Positions 39,613-49,352 of a DNA stretch of 64,000 nucleotides are shown here, piece after piece. Made by a program: the position numbers and the translations under genes. Source of the DNA: [Candidatus Thermochlorobacteriaceae] bacterium GBChlB (GTDB lineage Bacteria > Bacteroidota > Chlorobiia > Chlorobiales > Thermochlorobacteraceae); assembly GCA_000724175.1 (NCBI GenBank), contig JPGV01000006.1:28630-92629 (forward strand), given 5' to 3'. Under the pieces are notes generated by a model. The model was not told the DNA's origin. It searched no databases and was given only the letters and a program-made list of their open reading frames with translations. Numbering within the stretch: the stretch's first letter is position 1; every line of letters starts with the position of its first letter.

Positions 39613-42063
39613 ATGACCGACACGCTTCTTGAAGAACAACTTATTGCGGAAAAAACGCAATCACTCGCACAAAGTTTTTTGTCGAATGAATTGCTCTACG
39701 GCAAAGACCGCGAAGAAGGCATCATTGCTGTGCATCAAGTTTCAGATACGCACGTGAAAATTTACAAGCGCGAAAACGGCAAAGTTACCTCGCGTGAAGA
39801 AGCGTTTTTCCCATTTTTCTTTATCTCAAATGCTGGATTTCTCAAAGGTTTCACTGTGAGCTACAGCGACGGCTTCTGGCTGAAAGAATTGCAGGGAAAT
39901 AATTACTACAAATACCTCGCCATTTTCAAGCACTGGAAAGATTACAAGAGTGCATTGGACTACGCCGCAAATACCAGACGAAGACTCTCGTCCGACAACA
40001 ACGGCTTCACATCGGACGACGACGACGACCGACGCATCGATGAAATTTATTCAAAGGGCGATGCTGCATCGCAATACCTTTTTCAGACAGGCAAGACGCT
40101 CTTCAAAGGTATGACCTTTCAAGACCTGCACCGCATGCAACTCGACATCGAGACCTACTACGATAAAGACTCGCAGTATCTTTCGGGGGTGCAGATTGGG
40201 CGCGACAAAATCATCATCATTTCCCTCTCCGATTCAACCGGTTGGGAAGAGGTGCTTCATTTGCGGCAGTTCGACAACTCTGAAAAAAAGATGTTGGAGC
40301 GTCTGATACAACTCATTCAGGAGCGCGACCCTGATGTTATCGAAGGGCATAACATTTTCAGCTTCGACTTGCCTTACATTCAAAAGCGGTGTGAGATGAA
40401 CAGCCTCAAGTTCCCCATCGGGCGCGACGGAAAGGAGCCGCGCAGCTATCCCGCCAGTGTCCGCTTTGCCGAGAGAACCATTGACTATCCCTACTGCGAA
40501 ATCCCCGGCAGACATGTTGTCGATACGTTCTTTCTTGTGCAGTGGTTCGACATGGCAAAGCGCGCGATGCCAAGCTACAGCCTCAAAGAATGCGCGAAGT
40601 ATTTTGGGTTTGCCGCCGACAACCGAACCTACATCGACCACAAAGACATTGCCGATGCGTGGAACAACAACCCCGAAAAACTGCTTGCCTACGCGCTCGA
40701 TGATGTGCGCGAGACAAACAAACTATCAGAATTACTTTCGGGCAGCAATTTTTATATGACGCAAATGATGCCGTTTGGATACGCGAAAGTCTCGAGCATG
40801 GGACCTGCGGCGAAAATTGAAGCATTGTTCGTCCGAGAATACTTGCGAGAAAAACATTCCATTCCACGACCGCAGCAAGGACAACAAGAAACCGGCGGTT
40901 TCACAGAGGTTTTTCTTAAAGGCATTTTAGGCCCGATTGTCTATGCCGACGTCGAGTCGCTCTATCCAAGCATTATGCTGTCGTTCAATGTTTGTCCAAC
41001 GAGCGACGAGCGGAAGCTCTTTCCGAAAATTCTCGCCGACCTCAAAGCGCTGCGCTTCGCTGCCAAAGGGCGAATGAAAGATGCCAAAAAAGCTGGCGAC
41101 ACATCAGGCGCGGAACTTTACGACGCAATGCAGAACTCGTTCAAAGTTCTCATCAACGCCATGTATGGTTACTTGGGATTTCGAGCAGGTATTTTCAACG
41201 ACTACATCGAAGCCGACCGCGTTACGACGACAGGACAAACGATTGCCAAAAAAATGATTGCCGAATTCGAAAAGCGCGGCTGCCGAATTGTCGAAGTCGA
41301 CACCGACGGAATCTACTTAATTCCACCGCCCGACGTGCAAACAGAAGCTCAGGAAGCCGACCTTGTGAAAGCTGTTTCATCAACGATGCCCGAAGGTATT
41401 TCCATTGCGTATGACGGGCGCTTCAAGAAGATGATTTCGTATATGAAGAAAAATTATCTCTTGCAGGGCTACGACGGGAAACTTAAAATAAAAGGCTCAT
41501 CGCTGGTCAGCCGAAGCGGCGAGAAGTTCGGACGCGAGTTCGTCAAAAAAGGGTTTGAGTGTTTGCTCGACGAAGACATCGTTGGCTTGCATCAGCTTTA
41601 CATCGAGACACGGGAGCGAATTTTGAATAAGTACATGCACGTCTCGGAGTTCAGCCGCACAGAAACCTTAAAGAGCAGCCTTGATGAATACAAAGCAGAT
41701 GTGAAAGCCGGTAAGCGCAACAAAGCCATCACATATGAAATTGCCATAAAAAATAAACTGAGCGTTGGCAAAGGCGACCGCATTACATACTACCTTACGG
41801 GTTCAGGGCTTTCGGGCAATTATGCAGAGCGCGGCAAACTTGTCAGCGAGTGGAAGCCCGAGAAACCCGACCAAAATGTAGATTTCTATCTCAAGCGGCT
41901 CGATGAATTCGCTGAGAAATTCCAAGACTTTTTCAAGCCGAGCGATTACCGCAAAATTTTCACTGCCGATGAACTCTTCGGATTTTCACCCGACGGCATT
42001 GAACTTATCAAAGAAACGCAACACCGCGACACCGCCGAACTCGAAGACGATGTGCCGTTCTAA
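39613..42063 (+). CDS. polB: family B DNA polymerase with 3'-5' exonuclease domain
   Basis: ExoI LDIET, ExoII GHNIFSFDLPY, ExoIII YALDD; Pol motifs DVESLYPS, KVLINAMYG and VDTDG. Confidence 0.92.
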   Translation: MTDTLLEEQLIAEKTQSLAQSFLSNELLYGKDREEGIIAVHQVSDTHVKIYKRENGKVTSREEAFFPFFFISNAGFLKGFTVSYSDGFWLKELQGNNYYKYLAIFKHWKDYKSALDYAANTRRRLSSDNNGFTSDDDDDRRIDEIYSKGDAASQYLFQTGKTLFKGMTFQDLHRMQLDIETYYDKDSQYLSGVQIGRDKIIIISLSDSTGWEEVLHLRQFDNSEKKMLERLIQLIQERDPDVIEGHNIFSFDLPYIQKRCEMNSLKFPIGRDGKEPRSYPASVRFAERTIDYPYCEIPGRHVVDTFFLVQWFDMAKRAMPSYSLKECAKYFGFAADNRTYIDHKDIADAWNNNPEKLLAYALDDVRETNKLSELLSGSNFYMTQMMPFGYAKVSSMGPAAKIEALFVREYLREKHSIPRPQQGQQETGGFTEVFLKGILGPIVYADVESLYPSIMLSFNVCPTSDERKLFPKILADLKALRFAAKGRMKDAKKAGDTSGAELYDAMQNSFKVLINAMYGYLGFRAGIFNDYIEADRVTTTGQTIAKKMIAEFEKRGCRIVEVDTDGIYLIPPPDVQTEAQEADLVKAVSSTMPEGISIAYDGRFKKMISYMKKNYLLQGYDGKLKIKGSSLVSRSGEKFGREFVKKGFECLLDEDIVGLHQLYIETRERILNKYMHVSEFSRTETLKSSLDEYKADVKAGKRNKAITYEIAIKNKLSVGKGDRITYYLTGSGLSGNYAERGKLVSEWKPEKPDQNVDFYLKRLDEFAEKFQDFFKPSDYRKIFTADELFGFSPDGIELIKETQHRDTAELEDDVPF

Positions 42064-42096
42064 TAAGCGTGATTTCTAAACTTAAATAGCTCTCTC

Positions 42097-42324
42097 ATGA
42101 AAAAACTGTGTCAAACATGCCGTAGCATGCGCTTGGTGAGCGTCATTGCCAAGAGCGGGGAGTTTTGCGTTATTGAAATCGCTGGTAAACGGCGCTTAGG
42201 CGCAGTGCCGAAAGATATGGGCATCGGCGGCGAAGAATATATTGAACTTCGCTACTGCTTAAACTGCGGGCAAGTGCAGGGTATGTTTCCACTCCCGACG
42301 ACAGACTTAGAAAAGCAAAAGTAA
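42097..42324 (+). CDS. small Cys-rich (CxxC...CxxC) hypothetical protein
   Basis: 75 aa with CQTC and CLNC and a central VP.DMGIGG; fills the gap after polB. Confidence 0.7.
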   Translation: MKKLCQTCRSMRLVSVIAKSGEFCVIEIAGKRRLGAVPKDMGIGGEEYIELRYCLNCGQVQGMFPLPTTDLEKQK

Positions 42325-42327
42325 CCG

Positions 42328-42786
42328 TTAGGCATCTCCATCTAAAATTTCCCACGTGTGGTCAGCCAGCAATTTGATTTTAGCGACGAACTCCAAGGAT
42401 TTCCTGCTACGTCCCCATTCTGTTGGTGCAATAAGCGAGAGTAAATCTTCGCCATCGGGGCGTCGATACAAATAATACACGTGCGAGATGAGCGGCTCGA
42501 AGGACATTTTCGCGGCATAAATTCGTTCCGAAATCTCGACGCGTTTTTTGATGGCGTTGGCTTGGTCGGCAAGCAACTTCATTTGTTCGTAAAGTTGCGC
42601 CATTTGCATATCGGTCTGCTGGTGCATCGCCGAAACCGCTCGGCCTTTCGTCTTGCCCATGTCTTCGGGCTTGATGAGTGCACTGCCTGACGTGTGTGCG
42701 TAGGGCAACAGTCCGGGTGCATCGGCAATTTTCTCTTTCATTTTCTCCAAATCAATCTTGGAGAGGTCAATTTCATTTTCTTTCAT
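42328..42786 (-). CDS. DUF2452-like protein
   Basis: PGLLPYAH, IYAAKMSFEP and YYLY...LSLIAP.EW. Confidence 0.75.
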   Translation of the reverse strand: MKENEIDLSKIDLEKMKEKIADAPGLLPYAHTSGSALIKPEDMGKTKGRAVSAMHQQTDMQMAQLYEQMKLLADQANAIKKRVEISERIYAAKMSFEPLISHVYYLYRRPDGEDLLSLIAPTEWGRSRKSLEFVAKIKLLADHTWEILDGDA

Positions 42787-42887
42787 CAGAATAAGCAATA
42801 GTTGACGACTGTGTAACTACAATTTTTAGAAAAAGGTTCACTTGGGGTTAACATTCTTGTCGCAGCAAGCGCAACTGGAACTTTTAG

Positions 42888-45101
42888 CTATTCCTTTCCC
42901 GGTTGGTAGATTTTTTCGGCACGCTTGACGACGTCCTCTTTGTAAAACAGCACGTCTTTGAATTGACCTTTGGTATACATCAACAGTTGGTCTTTGAAAT
43001 GAGGCGATTTCACGTCGCCGCTCACGCCGCCCGCCAAGAGCGACTTGGCTTTGAGCCGTTTGCCAAACTCGACGGCGCAGACGAAACTGTTGCCGCTTGT
43101 GCCATAACGCTTTTTCGTGCCGGGAAAATAATTGCTGTTGTAAGCAGGCAACATCCCCCAGAGCGCTGACGCAAAGGCAATCGGAGCGCTCTCTTGCGCG
43201 TCGCTGTATCGCTGTGGAACATCGTTGCTAATGCGCTGAAACCGATTGATGTCTCCCCATGCCACGTCCCATTTTCCAAACTTCTGCGTGAGCGTATTAA
43301 CGACCGACAGCAGGGGGGTCAAGAGCGTCTTCGCCGAGGCGGAATCAGCAAAACGTTTTGTTGCCAATACTTGGTCTGCTTCGCCGTCATCGACATACAC
43401 TTTGCGAATACTTGAACTGAGCAACTGCGCCCACTCAATGGCTAAGGCAGTTGCAACTGAACTTTCTGCGACACGATAATCCCACTGTTTGAGGACGCTT
43501 ATCGGCTCTTTGAGCGCAGCATAAGTTGTATCGTTCGTTTTTTCGTAAGCGCTGATGAGCGCAGGAATTAAAACTTCAAATGCGGCTAAGTAAGTGTCGT
43601 ATCCTGCGGCGATGAGTTTATCGAGCGTGAATTTATTTTCCTTGCCGAGAACGCGCACGGCATTGATGCCGCGAAAATTCTCGCCATCGGGCGCCATGTA
43701 TGTCGGGTAATTTTGTTTTTTCGGGCTCTGTTCCCCGCTTGCTGTGAAGGGCGTTGAGTTGCAGTTTTGTATCCAGCCCGTCGATGGATTGTATAAGTGA
43801 ATTGTTTCCTCAACGCGGTGCAAGCCTCTCCATTCGGTCGCCGATGTTGTGCCGTCGACAACTTTGCTCCAATTCAATCGGGCGTCACGTTTGGGAATGA
43901 AGTTGCCGTGCCAATACGCAATGTTGCCTCTACTGTCGGCGAACACCGTGTTATTGCTTGCATTTGCGCACAAGTCCATTATTTTTTTGAAATCATCAAA
44001 CCCTTTGGCTTTTGTGCGACGCCAACTTTGAATTAAGCCCTTCATATCGCGGTTGTTGCTCTTGACCGAAATGAGTTGATTGGCGCGCTTCGCCATAATT
44101 GGTCCATGGTGCGTAAAAAAAGCCGTTAGGGACTTTGCGGTCAGCACGTCGCCGTCGCGGTATCGCAGCACGATTTTTTTTTCTTTGACGGGCAGCCATT
44201 GATTGTCGAATTTGTAAACATGCCCAGTGCCTTGCTTTTTAACCTCTACGGCATACATATCGCTCACATCAACGTTGTTGCTTGTGTGCATCCAGCCGCA
44301 GTGTTCGTTGAAGCCCTGATAGATAAAAAACTGTCCCCAAGTAACCGCGCCGTAGGCGTTCAATCCCTCACTGCTGCTGATATGCACTTCGGGACGAAAG
44401 TAAAACGTTGTGTGAGGATTGATGTAAAGCATCGCGTTGCCACTCTCAGTTTTTGATGGCGCAATCGCAAAGCCGTTAGAGCCGTCAAAGTGATTTTTTT
44501 CCGCGCTGGCAACTGCAAGGTCATCGCGATGGCGCGGTTCATCGGGCGAGGCTGTGCCGAGTAAATCGCCTGTGCTGTAAAAATTTTTCACGTCCTGTTC
44601 CGTTACGTCGCCTGTATTGATAGCACCGATGCTGCCGTCTGTCCATAGCAGCGGATACCAAGGCTGAACGCGCGACAGAAGCAGTGGTCTCACGGCTGGG
44701 TGTTTGTGCAGATAAAAATTCATTCCGTCTGCCCACGCATCGAGGAGTTGCTTCAACCATTGCGGAGATTTTTTGTAATCGGCGACGGCGTCTGCGCTGT
44801 CAATCAGCAATCGAATATACAGGTCGTTGTAGAGGTCTTTTTCGCCAAACACCTCTGCTTTGCGTCCGAGCTTTTCAATGTAGTTCAGTTCAACGCGCTT
44901 GAAGTCGTCTTCGCATTGGGCATACATCAAGCCAAACACGGCGTCGGCATCTGTTTTGCCATAGACGTGCGCAATACCCCAGTTATCGCGGATAATTGAG
45001 ACACGGGCTGCCCGCCGCTCGAAGCGGGCAATCTCTTTTTGGCTGAACGGCTGCGCCCACAGCGGCAACGGCAAGAGAAGAAAGATGAGTAATCGAGTCA
45101 T
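42888..45101 (-). CDS. penicillin acylase family (Ntn hydrolase) exported amidase
   Basis: IIRDNWGIAHVYG, beta-subunit nucleophile G-SNGFAI, INPH; signal peptide. Confidence 0.92.
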   Translation of the reverse strand: MTRLLIFLLLPLPLWAQPFSQKEIARFERRAARVSIIRDNWGIAHVYGKTDADAVFGLMYAQCEDDFKRVELNYIEKLGRKAEVFGEKDLYNDLYIRLLIDSADAVADYKKSPQWLKQLLDAWADGMNFYLHKHPAVRPLLLSRVQPWYPLLWTDGSIGAINTGDVTEQDVKNFYSTGDLLGTASPDEPRHRDDLAVASAEKNHFDGSNGFAIAPSKTESGNAMLYINPHTTFYFRPEVHISSSEGLNAYGAVTWGQFFIYQGFNEHCGWMHTSNNVDVSDMYAVEVKKQGTGHVYKFDNQWLPVKEKKIVLRYRDGDVLTAKSLTAFFTHHGPIMAKRANQLISVKSNNRDMKGLIQSWRRTKAKGFDDFKKIMDLCANASNNTVFADSRGNIAYWHGNFIPKRDARLNWSKVVDGTTSATEWRGLHRVEETIHLYNPSTGWIQNCNSTPFTASGEQSPKKQNYPTYMAPDGENFRGINAVRVLGKENKFTLDKLIAAGYDTYLAAFEVLIPALISAYEKTNDTTYAALKEPISVLKQWDYRVAESSVATALAIEWAQLLSSSIRKVYVDDGEADQVLATKRFADSASAKTLLTPLLSVVNTLTQKFGKWDVAWGDINRFQRISNDVPQRYSDAQESAPIAFASALWGMLPAYNSNYFPGTKKRYGTSGNSFVCAVEFGKRLKAKSLLAGGVSGDVKSPHFKDQLLMYTKGQFKDVLFYKEDVVKRAEKIYQPGKE

Positions 45102-45153
45102 GGAATTTACCTAACTTTGCGCAAAAGATACATCAACCACTAACCATAATCCA

Positions 45154-45411
45154 ATGCAAATTATCGATACGCAACCCACGCCGAATCCGAACGCCGTCAA
45201 GTTTATTGTAAATGGGATGTTCCCTGCGGGCTCACACGCTTTTATGTCCGCCGCCGAAGCCGAAAAAGACGCGCTTGCACAGGAAATCTTTGCGCTCGGC
45301 AATATCACGTCGGTGTTTTACATGAACAATTTTTTGACTGTTAGCAAAACGCCAAGCGGCGACTGGAACAATCTGCGCGATGGCATTCTTGCGGCAGTCT
45401 CGAAAGTGTAA
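45154..45411 (+). CDS. Nfu/NifU N-terminal scaffold domain protein
   Basis: PTPNPNAVKF and LAQEIF..GNITSVFY..NFLTVSK...DW. Confidence 0.85.
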   Translation: MQIIDTQPTPNPNAVKFIVNGMFPAGSHAFMSAAEAEKDALAQEIFALGNITSVFYMNNFLTVSKTPSGDWNNLRDGILAAVSKV

Positions 45412-45442
45412 TTCGATAGAGGCGACTTGGAGTGCGGCTCGC

Positions 45443-46336
45443 TCAGTAGTGAAACTGCAAGGTGAGAATGTTCGCTGTGCCAAGTTGATTGGAGAACGGG
45501 ACAAAGGCGTAATCGAACTTGAATCCACTATATGCAATGCCCGCTCCCGCCGAAAAGTTGCGCGACGTGTTTCCAATCGAGTAGCCAACTCTGATGAAGA
45601 GCAATTCTCTAAATTGAAACTCGGTGCCGAGATTGATGTTTGTTTGGTCGGAAAAAATCGAGACGACATTCGCCTCGAGCAGCAGCGTACTTTCGAGCGA
45701 GGAAAATCCGAGCGCGTAGGCACCACCCAAACGCACCGCCGTTGGCAATCGGGACGACTGCGCTGCAAGGGCGCTCATACCGCCAAGATTCTGAACCGTC
45801 GCCGCCAGAGCGAGTTCCTTCGTTGCTTTGAATGATGCGGAGACATCGACCGCCGCGCCGAGCGCGTCATCGACAAAAATTTTCTCGTAGAGCAATTTTC
45901 CCGTCAGTGCCAACGCGAGATTGTCGGTAATGCTTCGGCTGTATGAAACGGCTGCGGCAACGTTTTGCGATGTGAAAACACCCAGCGGGTCAGTCGTTGG
46001 TGCGTTGCCGCGAATGGGAATATCGCTAACGGTGAACCAGGTGAGCGAGATGCCAACGGCGCTTTTGCCGAAATTAAAATTCGCCCCTGCAAAACTCGAT
46101 TGCGTGTCGAGTATCCAAAGGTTTTGGGAAAACATCACGCTTGATTTTTCGCCCGCGTTGAGCCGAGCGGCGTTGTAATAATTAGACGCTGCGCCCTCTG
46201 CCGAGGCAGTGCCTGTATTTGCCATCGATTGCTCACGCGCCGTTGCGCCGATGTTCAAAAACGATAAGCCTGTTTGGGCGAAGGCATACGGCACACAAAG
46301 CACCCACGCACAAAGGAAAGTGATTGGTCGCATCAA
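45443..46336 (-). CDS. PorV/PorQ (FadL-like) outer-membrane protein
   Basis: FLNIGATAREQSMA...YYNAA, QNLG, IRVGY and FDYAF motifs; signal peptide. Confidence 0.8.
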   Translation of the reverse strand: MMRPITFLCAWVLCVPYAFAQTGLSFLNIGATAREQSMANTGTASAEGAASNYYNAARLNAGEKSSVMFSQNLWILDTQSSFAGANFNFGKSAVGISLTWFTVSDIPIRGNAPTTDPLGVFTSQNVAAAVSYSRSITDNLALALTGKLLYEKIFVDDALGAAVDVSASFKATKELALAATVQNLGGMSALAAQSSRLPTAVRLGGAYALGFSSLESTLLLEANVVSIFSDQTNINLGTEFQFRELLFIRVGYSIGNTSRNFSAGAGIAYSGFKFDYAFVPFSNQLGTANILTLQFHY

Positions 46337-46348
46337 AAGGCTAAGAGT

Positions 46349-46378
46349 AAAAGAAAAGGGTTCACTTGATGTGAACCC
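46349..46378 (-). terminator. intrinsic terminator after the rhomboid gene
   Basis: Minus strand reads GGGTTCAC-atcaa-GTGAACCC followed by TTTTCTTTT. Confidence 0.7.
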
Positions 46379-46418
46379 CAGCGCAATTTAGCGTTGAATA
46401 CGCACGATAAACAATGCC

Positions 46419-47207
46419 TTAGTTTTTATCCTTGCTGGCGTCGAGCAGAATGCGCTTCTCGTCGCTGGTGAGCGATTCGTAACCGCTTCGGGAAATCTTG
46501 TCGAGAATTTCATCAATGCGGTCTTCTTGCGAGCGGCGCGGCGGCGGTGCAGCGGTGTAACTTTGACGCTCTGTAAGGACTTTCTCGAACCACGATTGAA
46601 ACGGAAACTCGCGCTGCATCACCTTGATGTAAATGAACCCGACCACCATCCCGCCCAAATGTGCGAAGTGCGCCACGCCGCTCGAGGCTTGGTCGAAACT
46701 GGCAAAGAGTTCAAGCACGGCGTAAATGATGACGAGATATTTTGCTTTAATCGGCAAGAGGAAATAGATGTAGATATATCGGTCGGGAAACATCATGCCA
46801 AAGGCAAGCAAGACACCATAGACTGCGCCCGACGCACCGACGGTTGGATAGCCGCCACTCGTGAGTAGAATGTTGCACAAGCCCGCGCCAATGCCGCAGG
46901 TGAAGTAGTAGATTGTGAATTGCTGCGTTCCCCAGTAGTTTTCAATTTCGGCGCCAAACATCCAGAGCGCAATCATATTGAAGAGGATATGAAACAGCCC
47001 GCCGTGCATGAACATATACGTAACAAGTTGCCACACTTCGAAATTGCGCGAATCGAGTGTCCAGAGCGCACCGAACTCCATAAGCGGCGCACGAAGCGGC
47101 GTGAAATACTGAAATACAAACACGCTGACATTGGCAATCAGAATCAATTTTATTGCCGGGGGCACGATAGAAAAGCCCCCCGGTCGATAATCATCGTAGT
47201 ATCCCAT
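46419..47207 (-). CDS. rhomboid family intramembrane serine protease
   Basis: WQLVTYMFMHG, HILFNM, GASG and AHFAHLGG; C-terminal IDEILDKISRSGYESLT. Confidence 0.93.
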   Translation of the reverse strand: MGYYDDYRPGGFSIVPPAIKLILIANVSVFVFQYFTPLRAPLMEFGALWTLDSRNFEVWQLVTYMFMHGGLFHILFNMIALWMFGAEIENYWGTQQFTIYYFTCGIGAGLCNILLTSGGYPTVGASGAVYGVLLAFGMMFPDRYIYIYFLLPIKAKYLVIIYAVLELFASFDQASSGVAHFAHLGGMVVGFIYIKVMQREFPFQSWFEKVLTERQSYTAAPPPRRSQEDRIDEILDKISRSGYESLTSDEKRILLDASKDKN

Positions 47208-47357
47208 AGGTCTAAGAAATCTGTGAAACGGTTTACAAATCTTTGCGAAATCTTTGCGACTTAGCGTTCAGACGGAACACGCTGACGGTGCTAACAATTC
47301 AAGATGCTAATAATTTTTTGGCTTGTCAAGAAATTTAAGTTGATTTTTAAAAGGCAA

Positions 47358-49352
47358 TTAAAAGGCAATTTTGAAGCCGAAATCGAGGATGCGTGTTGCG
47401 CCGAGTTGTTCTTGAAACGAGTTACCCAACAAAAAGTTGTATCGCGCGAACACAAGGAACCCAACAGCATCAGCGTTGAATCGAACGCCGCCACCCAGCG
47501 CAGGTGACACCGCCACGCCAATCCCTTGATAAGTTGCAGCGGCAGCCCTGACTTCCGCAAACGGCGCCGCCCAACTTGTCAGTTCGGCGTAAACTGACGC
47601 GCCAACCCCAGCTCCGAGCAAGACAGCGTCGGGCGTGAAACCAATTCCTGATAGACGTCCTGCAAGGGCTTCAGCATCTACACTAAACACGCTGTTGGGT
47701 CTATACTCAACGCCGCCGCGAAACGCCACGCCGTTGCCATACAACGCGGAAGGCGAGGGAGAAACGCTCATGCCCAAGAATCCAATCCATCGCCTTGGCA
47801 TTACGAGGTCTACGCTGAACGACTGACGCGCCGGTATGTTGTCGTCGTCTTTGGCAACCACATTGATGTCATTAAATCGAGATGTTAAGGCTACTGAAAA
47901 CCGGACAGCGCCGTTGTTGTCGGCGCGCGCAATGCTGTCGCCATTAACGAAAATCGTCGCGCCCGGCTCGGTTTCGCCGTTGATGACAATCACGCTGTTG
48001 GTTGCCACGCCGCGTTCAAGTTCGGGAGCGCGCAATGTGAGCCGAAGCCGTCTTGGCGAGCGTCCGATAACATCAATCGGGAGGACAAGTGGGATGCTCT
48101 CGAGTCCAATAGAGTCAATCGACGTGAGTTTCAAAAAATACCGTCCGGCATTAAGCGACGCCGTCGTCGATTCTGCGACATTGGTTGTCGTGAAAACGAG
48201 GGTATCGAACTCGTCCGTCGGTGAAATGTCCAGTCGAGTTTGCGCAGCAGTTGCTCGCCATCGGAACTGAATCGGATTTTCAACTGGCGATATAGGCGCG
48301 ACGAGCTCCGGTGGATTTGGCAGAGGGCGCGGTTGTTCGGGCGGCGTATTTTCGGCGATGCGTGTGCCGAAGTTTTCAGGCACAGCGACGGGCGCGTTAG
48401 GCAAGGGGGTTGCCTCTTCAAACGATGCGCCAGTTTTCAGCCCGCGCACTGAGGCGCCACCGCGGTGTATCGAGACCAGCGAGCGTCCTTTCGCATCAGA
48501 GCCAATTTTGCCCGAACTATTGGCGAGTGCGATTTCCGCAGCGCGCGTGCGCACCGAGAGCGGCGGTTGCTGGCGCGCTGCCGCCAGTTTTACATACAAA
48601 TCGCCCGAGAGCAACCCGACTTGCGGCGTTGGCGTGGGGCGTTGCTGAGGCTCTTCGGTTACGCCGTAAATCACGACAAGGGCGTTCTCACCGATTTGAA
48701 GCGCACTGCGGTCGAGAAATGTAACGGTCGAGCGCGAGGCCGCCGCAGTGTTGATTTTATGATACTCATAAACGGGTTGCGATAAGATGGCTTTTGACCA
48801 AGCGGTCTCCCACGGCGCGCGAGCGCGCACGTCGCGTTGAATTGCGGTAATAGTGCCATCGGGCGAAATTGGTGTATTGGTTTGTGTTGTTAGGCTGCGC
48901 TCCGTGCGCGGACTTAATCCGACGACCTCAATACGGCGATTTTGCGAGCGCCCGTCGTCGGTCGAGTTGTCGGCAATCGGTTGAGTGTCGCCGTAGCCTT
49001 TGGTGAACAATCGGTCAGCCGCAATGCCACGTTGAACTAAAAACGCTTTCACAGCGTCGGCACGCGCTTTCGAGAGCGCAAGGTTGATTTTCGGATTGCC
49101 TTGATTATCGGCATGTCCGCCGATTTCAATGTCGAGGTCGGGACGCGCAGCAAGGTAAGCAAGCAGTTTTTCAAATCGAGGATAACTTGCTGGGTCGATG
49201 GCAGCGCTGCCGCGTTTGAATGTGGCGTCTTTGAACACGAATTTTTTGCCCGGACTCAAATCGACTTCCTGTGCACGCACTGCGCTTGAGAAGACAGCAA
49301 CGAGACATATTGTGGAAAGCCATTTCATTGGCAGTAAAAAGGCAGTTTTCAT
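47358..49352 (-). CDS. OmpA_C + FecR-like + Ig-like + C-terminal beta-barrel protein
   Basis: Signal peptide (AVRA-QE); IEIGGHADNQG..NLALSKARADAV..QNRRIE; FecR-like TVTFLDRSALQIGENALVVI; GETEPGATIFVNG; terminal FGFKIAF; ATGA overlap with the kinase stop. Confidence 0.8.
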   Translation of the reverse strand: MKTAFLLPMKWLSTICLVAVFSSAVRAQEVDLSPGKKFVFKDATFKRGSAAIDPASYPRFEKLLAYLAARPDLDIEIGGHADNQGNPKINLALSKARADAVKAFLVQRGIAADRLFTKGYGDTQPIADNSTDDGRSQNRRIEVVGLSPRTERSLTTQTNTPISPDGTITAIQRDVRARAPWETAWSKAILSQPVYEYHKINTAAASRSTVTFLDRSALQIGENALVVIYGVTEEPQQRPTPTPQVGLLSGDLYVKLAAARQQPPLSVRTRAAEIALANSSGKIGSDAKGRSLVSIHRGGASVRGLKTGASFEEATPLPNAPVAVPENFGTRIAENTPPEQPRPLPNPPELVAPISPVENPIQFRWRATAAQTRLDISPTDEFDTLVFTTTNVAESTTASLNAGRYFLKLTSIDSIGLESIPLVLPIDVIGRSPRRLRLTLRAPELERGVATNSVIVINGETEPGATIFVNGDSIARADNNGAVRFSVALTSRFNDINVVAKDDDNIPARQSFSVDLVMPRRWIGFLGMSVSPSPSALYGNGVAFRGGVEYRPNSVFSVDAEALAGRLSGIGFTPDAVLLGAGVGASVYAELTSWAAPFAEVRAAAATYQGIGVAVSPALGGGVRFNADAVGFLVFARYNFLLGNSFQEQLGATRILDFGFKIAF

